Shown one piece after another: positions 19,360 to 27,604 of a DNA stretch of 64,000 nucleotides. The stretch is taken from positions 10,897-74,896 of the forward strand of contig JARYMJ010000002.1 in assembly GCA_029907135.1 (NCBI GenBank), given 5' to 3'. A program made the translations under genes and the position numbers. The stretch comes from Candidatus Saccharicenans sp. GTDB lineage: Bacteria > Acidobacteriota > Aminicenantia > Aminicenantales > Saccharicenantaceae. The notes beneath the pieces are model-generated. The model had not been told where the DNA came from. It made no database searches and saw only the letters and a program-made list of their open reading frames with translations. How positions within the stretch are numbered: position 1 is the stretch's first letter; the number at the start of each line of letters is the position of its first letter.

Positions 19360-19955
19360 AGCTCAAATTCCTGCTGCCGATTGTCTTCTTTATTCTTGCC
19401 TCCGTCTTCTGGGGATACAGCAATCATCTGAAGTTTAGCCGCTGTCAGCAGGTCAACCAGGAACTGATGAAAGAAATGAAGAAAATTACTAAGGAGTCCG
19501 AGTCTGCAGCTCAATTCTTGAACGAAGGAGATAGCTTTAGTCATCCCATCAGTTTATCCCTGCTCAATGACCACCCGCTGGAACTGTTGCCTGAGGGAAC
19601 CTATCTGCTAATTTTTGTCAGCTCCACCTGTCCCGCCTGCCTGAATGTGGCTCAGGACCTCTATGCTGATTTGAGCCATTTTGAAGAATACGGATTGAGA
19701 GTAATCTCTTTAAGCCGGGATGGCCAGGAGGCCCTGAAACGGCTGATGAGCGAGAACCACTGGCCCCTGCCTTTAGCCTACGATCCTGCCGGAAGGTTAC
19801 ATCAGCTCTTCAGGATCTCCGGGGTTCCGTCAATCGTACTCATTCACCAGGCAACTGTCAGATTGAAAGCTGACGCCATGTCCATTGACCGCAAGCGGCC
19901 AGAATTAAAAGAGCTGCTGAACCTTTTCCTGGGTCCGACAGGTCCCGGCCGCTAA
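19356..19955 (+). CDS. Membrane-anchored thioredoxin-fold thiol:disulfide oxidoreductase (TlpA/ResA-like).
   Basis: N-terminal TM segment. CxxC motif in thioredoxin-fold context (LLIFVSSTCPACLNVAQ). An ATGA start/stop overlap with the NHL gene indicates translational coupling. Confidence 0.7.
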   Translation: MKLKFLLPIVFFILASVFWGYSNHLKFSRCQQVNQELMKEMKKITKESESAAQFLNEGDSFSHPISLSLLNDHPLELLPEGTYLLIFVSSTCPACLNVAQDLYADLSHFEEYGLRVISLSRDGQEALKRLMSENHWPLPLAYDPAGRLHQLFRISGVPSIVLIHQATVRLKADAMSIDRKRPELKELLNLFLGPTGPGR

Positions 19956-20114
19956 AGGCCTCAACCGGCTGGTCCGAACCTTCGAACCGAAAATAGATAT
20001 TATCTGATAAGGCCTTTGGCCGCCGGCCCCTTTATGTCCAGTCTATGAATCCTGATACATTACAGGACTATATCCGGCCGTCCCTCCCTGTTTTTTGATT
20101 TGCAGATGGCTGAC

Positions 20115-20144
20115 TTGACACAACCCGCTTGCTATCTTTAATAT
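20115..20144 (+). promoter_or_regulatory. Sigma70-like promoter (TTGACA-17/18 nt-TAATAT) for accA.
   Basis: A perfect -35 TTGACA lies at 20115-20120. The -10 is TAATAT at 20139-20144. It is about 50 nt before the accA ATG. Confidence 0.4.
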
Positions 20145-20191
20145 ACTCAGGACGCCGGTTTTCTGATAAAATTGCCTGTAAGAGAGCCGAT

Positions 20192-21154
20192 ATGAAAGAA
20201 AAGCTTGATTTCTATTCTCTGGAGCGACCCATTCTGGCCTTGAAAGAGCAGATAGATGCTCTGGAAGCCAGCGAAGACTCCAACCGCAAGGAGAAAATCG
20301 CCGCTCTTAAAGCCCAGATAGAAAAGGAATGGAAAAAAATCGTCCCCAACCTGACGGCGGTGCACATCGTCCAGATGGCCCGACATCCCAAGAGACCTTA
20401 CACCCTTGATTACATCAAGGCACTCTTTCAGGACTTCATGGAATTCCACGGCGACCGCCGCTTTGCCGATGACCCGGCGATTGTGGCCGGACTGGCCTTT
20501 TACAAGGGTCAGACGGTGGCTGTCATCGGCCACCAGAAGGGCCGGACCACCAAGGCCCGGATAGAACGTAATTTCGGCCAGCCCAACCCGGAAGGCTACC
20601 GCAAGGCTCTACGGATAATGCAGATGGCCGAAAAATTCGGTTTCCCGGTCATCACCTTTGTGGATACCCCCGGAGCCTACCCCGGTATCGGAGCCGAAGA
20701 ACGGGGCCAGGCCGAAGCCATCGCCTATAACCTGAAAATCATATCCCGCCTCCGGACACCGATCATCAACGTTATCATCGGCGAGGGTGGAAGCGGCGGC
20801 GGCCTTGGTATTGGCTTCGGTGATGCCATGCTGATGCTGGAATATGCCTTCTATTCTGTTATCTCCCCCGAAGGTTGCGCCGCCATCCTCTGGAAAGACC
20901 AGGGGCCGATGGCCGTGGAACAGGCAGCCGAAAATCTGGGTATCAGGGCTCAGAAGCTGTTTGAGCTCGGCATCATCGATAAGCTCATCCCCGAGCCGCC
21001 CGGCGGTGCCCACATTGATTACGAAACCATTTTCAAGAACGTGGATAAACACCTCAGCCAGACCCTGAAAAAGCTGCAGCAGCTTTCGACCGAAGAACTA
21101 CTGGCTGAACGTTACCGGAAGATCAGGCGGCAGGGGGTCTTCGAAATTAAATAA
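20192..21154 (+). CDS. accA: Acetyl-CoA carboxylase carboxyltransferase alpha subunit.
   Basis: AccA-characteristic sequence throughout (KTRGRWP-type region; GFPVITFVDTPGAYPGIGAEERGQAEAIA). The start is at the internal Met of the longer ORF. Confidence 0.92.
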   Translation: MKEKLDFYSLERPILALKEQIDALEASEDSNRKEKIAALKAQIEKEWKKIVPNLTAVHIVQMARHPKRPYTLDYIKALFQDFMEFHGDRRFADDPAIVAGLAFYKGQTVAVIGHQKGRTTKARIERNFGQPNPEGYRKALRIMQMAEKFGFPVITFVDTPGAYPGIGAEERGQAEAIAYNLKIISRLRTPIINVIIGEGGSGGGLGIGFGDAMLMLEYAFYSVISPEGCAAILWKDQGPMAVEQAAENLGIRAQKLFELGIIDKLIPEPPGGAHIDYETIFKNVDKHLSQTLKKLQQLSTEELLAERYRKIRRQGVFEIK

Positions 21155-21203
21155 GAGCCTTAACCCCAGGCCGGACCAGGGAGAAAAAAGCAGGCCTCAG
21201 ACC

Positions 21204-22478
21204 ATGAGCGATAACCAGCCGAAAAAAGAAATCAGCGCCATCAAGGGCACCAGGGACATACTGCCGGATGAGGTCCGGTTGTGGCAGATAGCCGAAGCTC
21301 GGGCCAGGGAAATCTTCGAACTCTACGGTTACCGCGAGCTCCGCGCCCCGGTCATCGAGCCGACCGAGCTTTTTGAAAAGGGCACCGGAGCTTCCTCCGA
21401 TATCGTCACCAAGGAAATGTACACTTTCACCGACAAGGGCGGACGTTCGGTTACTCTGCGACCGGAATATACGCCGTCTGTCGTCCGGGCCATCATCGAG
21501 CACCGGCTGGACCTGCAGGCTCAGCCGCTGCGCTTCTATTACATTGGCCCCATGTTCCGCTATGACCGGCCCCAGAAAGGCCGTTACCGCCAGTTCCACC
21601 AGATTGACATAGAAGTCTTCGGCGAGAAAGACCCGGCCGTGGACGCCGAAATCGTGGAAATGGCTCATCGTCTGCTCGGACAGCTGGGCGTGGAAAAGGT
21701 GATGACCCTGGTCAACTCGGTCGGTTGCCGGAAATGCCGTCCGGCCTACGGCCAGCAACTGAGACAAGCGGCCCTGGCCGCCAAGGATAAGCTCTGTCCT
21801 GATTGCCAGAGAAAAGCTGAGCTCAATCCCCTGCGCCTTTTCGATTGTAAAATTGACAGCTGCCGGGAAGTGGCGGCCACCTTCCCCCTGATTTCAGATT
21901 TTCTGTGCCCAGAATGCCGGGGACATTTCCAGAAGTTCCGGGAATACCTGGATTTTTACGGAATCGAGCATAAAGTTGAACCGACCCTGGTTCGTGGCCT
22001 TGACTACTACACCAAGACCGCTTTTGAAATTGTGGCTGAACACCTGGGGGCTCAGAATGCCATCTGCGGCGGCGGGCGCTATGATGACATGGTCAGGGAG
22101 TTCGGCGGACCGGACCTCTGCGGCATCGGTTTTGCCATGGGAATGGAAAGGCTACTCTCGGTAGCCCGGATAGAGGTCCCCAAGGACAGCTTTGTCTACT
22201 TCGCCTACCTCGGCGACCAGGCTAAAAAAGACAGCCTGCGGCTGGCCCGGTTGCTGCGCTCGGAAGGTATAGAGTGCCTGGTGGAATTCAAGGAACGCGG
22301 CATGAAAGCTCATTTCAGCCGGGCCAATAAACTGGGTGCCGACTGGGTGCTGATAGTTGGCGAGGACGAACTCAAAAAGGGAAAATTCCAGCTTAAGGAC
22401 ATGGTCAATTCCAAGCAGTTCGAGGGCTCGGCCCTGGAACTGGTGGGCATAATCAAAGGGAAAAAAATCCTGGAATAA
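21204..22478 (+). CDS. hisS: Histidyl-tRNA synthetase.
   Basis: Class II aaRS motifs (FRYDRPQKGRYRQFHQ, GGGRYDDM). C-terminal anticodon-binding domain. Confidence 0.93.
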   Translation: MSDNQPKKEISAIKGTRDILPDEVRLWQIAEARAREIFELYGYRELRAPVIEPTELFEKGTGASSDIVTKEMYTFTDKGGRSVTLRPEYTPSVVRAIIEHRLDLQAQPLRFYYIGPMFRYDRPQKGRYRQFHQIDIEVFGEKDPAVDAEIVEMAHRLLGQLGVEKVMTLVNSVGCRKCRPAYGQQLRQAALAAKDKLCPDCQRKAELNPLRLFDCKIDSCREVAATFPLISDFLCPECRGHFQKFREYLDFYGIEHKVEPTLVRGLDYYTKTAFEIVAEHLGAQNAICGGGRYDDMVREFGGPDLCGIGFAMGMERLLSVARIEVPKDSFVYFAYLGDQAKKDSLRLARLLRSEGIECLVEFKERGMKAHFSRANKLGADWVLIVGEDELKKGKFQLKDMVNSKQFEGSALELVGIIKGKKILE

Positions 22479-22496
22479 AACTGAACCGAACTGGAA

Positions 22497-24293
22497 GTGG
22501 ATATGGGAAATTCAACCGGAGACCAACGGCGGGCGGCCAGAACTGATTACTGTGGAGAACTGCGGGCCAAAGATTCCGGCCGGGAAGTAATCCTGGCCGG
22601 CTGGGTGCAACGGGTCAGAGATATCGGCAGCCTGGTCTTCGTGGACTTAAGGGACAGAAGCGGACTGGTGCAGCTGGTGGTAAGAAGCGACCGGCCGGAA
22701 CTCCTGGAGCAGGCCAAGAAACTGCGGGGCGAATTTGTCATCCAGGTCCGGGGCCAGGTCAAGAAACGGGAAGCTGCGGCTGTAAACCCCGAATTGCCCA
22801 CGGGAGAAGTGGAGGTTGAGATTGAAGATCTGGGTGTCCTGAACCAAGCCAGAATCCCGCCTTTTGTCATCGCCGACCCACCCCAGGCTTCCGAGGAGCT
22901 GCGCTTCAAATTCCGTTATTTAGACCTGCGCCGGCCAGCCATGCAGAAAAATGTCATCTTGCGGCACCGGGCGGCACTGCTCACCAGGAATTTTCTCAGC
23001 CGGAAAGGTTTCCTGGAAATAGAAACCCCCTTCCTGACGAAATCCACTCCAGAAGGGGCCCGGGACTACCTGGTGCCCAGCCGTATTCACCACGGGAAAT
23101 TTTACGCCCTGCCTCAGTCGCCCCAGCTTTTCAAGCAGATTCTGATGATTTCCGGTTTTGACCGCTATTTTCAGATTGTCAGGTGCTTTCGCGATGAAGA
23201 TTTAAGGGCTGACCGCCAGCCGGAGTTCACCCAGGTTGACATCGAAATGAGTTTCATCCAGAGGGAAGACCTGTTCGAACTCGTGGAAGAGCTGATGGCT
23301 GAATTTTTTGCCCTGGAGGGTTTCGAGGTCAGCCGACCCTTCCCTGCCCTGAGTTATGACCAGGCCCTCAACCTTTACGGTTCGGATAAGCCGGACTTAA
23401 GAGACCCTATAACCATAGAAGAGCTGACCGATATCGGCCGGGCTTCGGGCTCTGAGCTCCTGGTCAGCCTGATTGAAAAGGGCGGGGTGCTCAAAGGCCT
23501 GCTGGTCAAAGGCGGCGGCAGTTTCTCCCGCTCCCGGCTGGATAAATTGCAGGAAGAAGCCAGGGCCCTGGGAGCCGGCGGCTTAATCTGGATTAAAAAA
23601 GCCGAAAGTGGTCTGAAGAGTTCCCTAAAACTCCAGCCGGATAAGCTACAGGCTATCTGGCAGGCACTGAAGGCTGAAGACCAGGACCTGGGGTTATTGG
23701 TGGCTTCTGACTTTACGACCGCAGTTAAAGTCCTGGGTGAATTCAGGAAGAATTTCATCCTGGAAAAAATAAAAGAAGGAGGACTGGACGGGAAAAAGCT
23801 GGCTTTCTGCTGGGTGACTGACTTCCCGCTTTTTGAATGGAGCGAGGAGGAAAAGAAAATCGTCTCTATGCACCATCCTTTTACTTCTCCCAACCCGGCT
23901 GACCTGGATTATCTGGAGACCGAACCCTTCAAAGTCAAAGCGCTGGCTTACGACTTAGTGCTCAACGGGTATGAAGTAGGCGGAGGATCGATCAGGATCC
24001 ACCAACCGGACCTTCAGGCTAAGATATTCAAGATTCTGGGTCTGACTCCGGAACAGGCCGAAGAAAAATTCGGCTTTTTCCTGGAAGCCCTGACTTATGG
24101 GGCTCCACCCCACGGCGGAATAGCCCTGGGTTTTGACCGCCTGGTAATGCTCCTTTGTGGAGAGGATTCCATACGGGAAGTCATCCCCTTCCCCAAGACG
24201 ACCAGCGCCCTGTGCCTGATGACCGGTTCACCTTCGCCGGTCGACCCTCGCCAGCTCGAAGAGCTCGGCCTGGAAATCACCAAGAAAAAATAG
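22497..24293 (+). CDS. aspS: Aspartyl-tRNA synthetase.
   Basis: An N-terminal OB-fold anticodon-binding domain, the class II catalytic core (FRDEDLRADRQPEFTQVD, GGGSIRIH), and the bacterial GAD insertion. 598 aa. Confidence 0.93.
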   Translation: MDMGNSTGDQRRAARTDYCGELRAKDSGREVILAGWVQRVRDIGSLVFVDLRDRSGLVQLVVRSDRPELLEQAKKLRGEFVIQVRGQVKKREAAAVNPELPTGEVEVEIEDLGVLNQARIPPFVIADPPQASEELRFKFRYLDLRRPAMQKNVILRHRAALLTRNFLSRKGFLEIETPFLTKSTPEGARDYLVPSRIHHGKFYALPQSPQLFKQILMISGFDRYFQIVRCFRDEDLRADRQPEFTQVDIEMSFIQREDLFELVEELMAEFFALEGFEVSRPFPALSYDQALNLYGSDKPDLRDPITIEELTDIGRASGSELLVSLIEKGGVLKGLLVKGGGSFSRSRLDKLQEEARALGAGGLIWIKKAESGLKSSLKLQPDKLQAIWQALKAEDQDLGLLVASDFTTAVKVLGEFRKNFILEKIKEGGLDGKKLAFCWVTDFPLFEWSEEEKKIVSMHHPFTSPNPADLDYLETEPFKVKALAYDLVLNGYEVGGGSIRIHQPDLQAKIFKILGLTPEQAEEKFGFFLEALTYGAPPHGGIALGFDRLVMLLCGEDSIREVIPFPKTTSALCLMTGSPSPVDPRQLEELGLEITKKK

Positions 24294-24328
24294 CGCCCGC
24301 CGAAGCATTGGATCTGGCCCCACTCTGA

Positions 24329-24350
24329 GCAGCTGAACAGCTGTTTTCGT
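24329..24350 (+). terminator. Weak candidate intrinsic terminator after aspS (a short AGCT-GAAC-AGCT hairpin followed by TTTTCGTTT).
   Basis: A short palindrome plus a T-rich tail is seen in the sequence. The stem is short. Confidence 0.25.
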
Positions 24351-24529
24351 TTAATTTATTCTAAATGAGCGAATGGAAGGCTACTGGCGGCCAGCTTAAT
24401 TTTAGCCGGGGACTAAACCGCAACACATATTTTTCCTCAAGCCCCGGGAAAAAACTAAATTGGCAATCCTGGCTTTTTTTAAGCCGATAAGGCCATCCGA
24501 TAAGGCTTAAACCTGCGGCGCTAAATTTC

Positions 24530-25207
24530 TCAGGTCTTTTTCCGGCCGAACTTCAGCCCGGCGCTTAAAATCAAGGCCCGGCTCTTGATGGTCTCGTAAT
24601 ATTCCAGGGTTCCCTTCCCGAGGCTCAGGTTGCTCAGACCGTGAAAATAGCAAATCTCAATGAACGGACTAATTTTCTCCAGCTTGAATTCCAGGCCGAC
24701 TCCAGCTACCAGTCCAGGATCCAGCTTCCTGGTATCCGGCTTAAGGTCAGTATCCCACCCGCCGGGAGGAGGTCCGAAAGGCTGTCCCCGATTGCTCAAA
24801 ATAAAAGCCAGCTCATATCCAGCCAGAAGATAGGGAGCTATTTTCGTATCCAGCCCTATTTTTACCAATCCGGTCTGGCTCAGCGTGCCGAGCCTGTAAA
24901 GATAAGACCCGGTCTTGGTATCCAGGTAATAAATTTCCAGCTCGGACCCTTTCTGGAGGTAACCGAGACCCAGGATTAAGCTGAGTGGAGCCCGGGGCAC
25001 CCTTAATTCCAGGCCGGCCCCCAGTCCGAACCCCGTTCGCCAGGCATTCTGATAGCGGAGCTCAGGGATTCCAACTGGCGGGGGCAGGCCCTGGTACCTG
25101 CCGCTGGTCAGCCCACCCCAGGCCCTGAAATCGGCCTGGAGGCCAGCCGGATGGGCAGCAGCAACCAGACCAAGGACCAGAACCAAGAGGAAGATTTCTC
25201 GGCGCAT
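24530..25207 (-). CDS. Small outer-membrane beta-barrel protein (OmpA-like beta-barrel/OmpW-type), paralog 1.
   Basis: Signal peptide. Alternating beta-strand pattern with aromatic girdle residues. It is 30-35% identical to the adjacent paralog (shared WGGL, GLGAGLE, LGY, HG motifs). Confidence 0.55.
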   Translation of the reverse strand: MRREIFLLVLVLGLVAAAHPAGLQADFRAWGGLTSGRYQGLPPPVGIPELRYQNAWRTGFGLGAGLELRVPRAPLSLILGLGYLQKGSELEIYYLDTKTGSYLYRLGTLSQTGLVKIGLDTKIAPYLLAGYELAFILSNRGQPFGPPPGGWDTDLKPDTRKLDPGLVAGVGLEFKLEKISPFIEICYFHGLSNLSLGKGTLEYYETIKSRALILSAGLKFGRKKT

Positions 25208-25276
25208 CGCCTCACCTCCCAAAAATATCATCATGTAGATAGAAGACCCTTATACTTCCTAACTCCCAGGCAGGAG

Positions 25277-25906
25277 TCAGAACCGCCGGAACTTCAAACC
25301 AAGAACCAGGATTAAGTCTCTTGGCCTAAGATTCTTATAATCTTCAACCTTTCCCAATTTGGTGATTCCATGGTGATACCGGACCTCGGCCCAAATATCG
25401 AACTTCTTCAGTTTGGCTTCAATCCCCCCGCCGGCAACCAGGCCCAGGCCTATCTTGCTGGTGTCAGGTCTGATATCGAGGCCATGCCACTCATGTCTCA
25501 GGTTAGGGGATACCTCATAGCCCAAAAGGAAGAACACCGGCCCGCTGTCAGACGGCTTTACTTTTAGCAATCCAAGGTGGCTCAGGGTTAAAAGCTTAAA
25601 ATATTCCCTGTATAAGAATTCATCCCAGTAATACCAGGTGACTTCCTGACCTTTCTGAAGACAGCTCAATTCGGTTATCAGGCTGAGCCCGGAAAAGGCA
25701 ACAGGAAATTCCAGCCCGGCTCCCAGGCTGAAGCCTTGCTTTTTGCCGAGTTTATAACCGATTTCCGGAAAGGTATACCAGCCCGGCTGCCCGGCATACC
25801 AGGCCCAATCCAGGCCTCCCCAGAGCCTGATGGCCGGTCTGGCTTCAACAGACAGAGCAGTGGCTGTAATAAATAAAATAAGGAAAAGCAGCGCCCTCTC
25901 TTTCAT
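25277..25906 (-). CDS. Small outer-membrane beta-barrel protein, paralog 2.
   Basis: Same architecture as 24530-25207. The start is at the Met preceding the signal peptide (MKERALLFLILFITATALSVEA). Confidence 0.55.
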   Translation of the reverse strand: MKERALLFLILFITATALSVEARPAIRLWGGLDWAWYAGQPGWYTFPEIGYKLGKKQGFSLGAGLEFPVAFSGLSLITELSCLQKGQEVTWYYWDEFLYREYFKLLTLSHLGLLKVKPSDSGPVFFLLGYEVSPNLRHEWHGLDIRPDTSKIGLGLVAGGGIEAKLKKFDIWAEVRYHHGITKLGKVEDYKNLRPRDLILVLGLKFRRF

Positions 25907-26017
25907 GTAAGTTTTCCCTTTTTTAAATTTAAGAGCGCGGTCTTTCCCTGTCAAGGAATGAAAGCCCTGTAACCTATTAAAGACAAGCCCTGTCCTTAAC
26001 CCAAGGCTCCTCTCGCG

Positions 26018-26058
26018 GCAAAAATAAAGAGGGGCACCCCTCAGGCTGCCCCTTCTCT
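26018..26058 (-). terminator. Candidate intrinsic terminator downstream of the M16 peptidase pair (minus-strand reading: GGGGCA...TGCCCC hairpin followed by TCTTTATTTTTG).
   Basis: Inverted repeat plus a T-rich tail on the minus strand, 70-100 nt after the 26127 stop. Confidence 0.4.
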
Positions 26059-26126
26059 TCAATTCTCCCGCAGGTTACACTAAGCCAACTTTTCCCAGGA
26101 GATATTCATTCTCCCCCGGGTAAAAC

Positions 26127-27593
26127 TCACTCCACCAGCTGGCCGGTCAGCGGGTCGAGCAGCTTGACCCGGTGAATCTTACCCAGCTTGTCCACAGGTC
26201 CAGGGAACTTGTCAGAGCCCTTGTTGCAGGGTTCAAAGTCGCCGACAATCATAATAACCATTTTGTCCGGATGGATGTATTTCCTGGCCACTTCCAGCAC
26301 TTTCTCTTTGGTCACTGCTTTAATCTTATCCCGGTAGGTGGCGTAATAATTCATCGGTTTGCCCTGGAGCTCGAGGTTGGCGAAATTCACCATGGTGCCA
26401 ATCGGGCTTTGGAAGAAATCGGCGAAGCTTTCCAGGTAGTAATTGATGGCCGTTTCCATCTCCGCCTCAGATACAGGTTCCTGCCTGATCCGCTCAAACT
26501 CTTTAAGAATCAGAGAAATGGCATAGCCGACGGTTTCCGATTTGGTCTGTACATAGCCGGAAAAAGTTCCGGGGAAGCCCCAGCGGTAGGTGAAGCGGCT
26601 GCCGGTGTTGTAGGCCAGGCCCTCATCCGAGCGGACTTTGGAAGTGATTCTGGAGGTAAAACTTCCGCCGCCCAGGATGAAATTCATCACCTGCACCGCA
26701 AAATAATCCGGGTTGGTGTCTTCAATTCCCAGATGGCCGACCGAGACGTAGCCCTGGTTTATCTTTTTCTGGATGAAGTAGACGCCGGGCTCCGGTTCGG
26801 GGAAATTCTTGCTGACCGCCGGGAAGCTCAAACTCTTATTAGCCCATTTGGCAGCATACTTATTTATCTTCGTTTTCAACTGGTCACGGCTAAAATCTCC
26901 CGCGGCCGCGATGATGATATTCTTCGGGAAAAAGTATTTGCTGTGAAAAGACTTGAGGTCAGCCGCAGTCAGGCTGTCCACCGTGGCTTTGGTCGCCTGG
27001 TAGGTCAATGGGTGCTCGCCGTACAGAACCCTCTGATACTCCCGGTTCAGCACCTGGCTGGGGTTATCGTTGGCTGTTCTCATCTGCTCTATCAAACGGC
27101 CTTTGGCCAGCTTTAAGCTATCCTCCCTGAATCCGGGGTTCATCAGGACGTCAAAGAAAATCTCCAGTCCCTCATCCAGGTCCTTGCTCAGTACCGACAG
27201 GGACAGGGTAGCCGTCCTCTCCCCGACGTTGAAGTTCAGGGTGCCACCCAGGAAATCTATCCTTTCCTCAATTTCCGAGCCGCTCCTGGTTTTAGTTCCG
27301 CCCTTGATCAAACACTCGGAAAGAAGTGAATCCAGGCCGGCTTTGTCCTTGGGCACGTACAGCCCGCCGGTGTGGATGATGGCCGTGAGGTTGACTATCG
27401 GCAGGGCTCTTTCTTCCCGGACGTAAGCCCGGAGGCCGTTGACCAACACCACCCGGAAGTTAGCTGGGTTGGGAGGTTCAAACTTCAGCGGAGGGAACTT
27501 CAGGTCTTCCGGCCTGGTCACCTGGGCTGAAACCAGCCCGGTGCTGCCGAGGAGCAGCAACAAAACCAGAAAAACAACTTTTATTTTTTTCAT
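26127..27593 (-). CDS. M16-family (pitrilysin/insulinase-like) peptidase, non-catalytic-type subunit, secreted.
   Basis: Signal peptide. M16 fold conservation. No HxxEH motif. Confidence 0.75.
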   Translation of the reverse strand: MKKIKVVFLVLLLLLGSTGLVSAQVTRPEDLKFPPLKFEPPNPANFRVVLVNGLRAYVREERALPIVNLTAIIHTGGLYVPKDKAGLDSLLSECLIKGGTKTRSGSEIEERIDFLGGTLNFNVGERTATLSLSVLSKDLDEGLEIFFDVLMNPGFREDSLKLAKGRLIEQMRTANDNPSQVLNREYQRVLYGEHPLTYQATKATVDSLTAADLKSFHSKYFFPKNIIIAAAGDFSRDQLKTKINKYAAKWANKSLSFPAVSKNFPEPEPGVYFIQKKINQGYVSVGHLGIEDTNPDYFAVQVMNFILGGGSFTSRITSKVRSDEGLAYNTGSRFTYRWGFPGTFSGYVQTKSETVGYAISLILKEFERIRQEPVSEAEMETAINYYLESFADFFQSPIGTMVNFANLELQGKPMNYYATYRDKIKAVTKEKVLEVARKYIHPDKMVIMIVGDFEPCNKGSDKFPGPVDKLGKIHRVKLLDPLTGQLVE

Positions 27594-27604
27594 GGCATCC
27601 CTCC

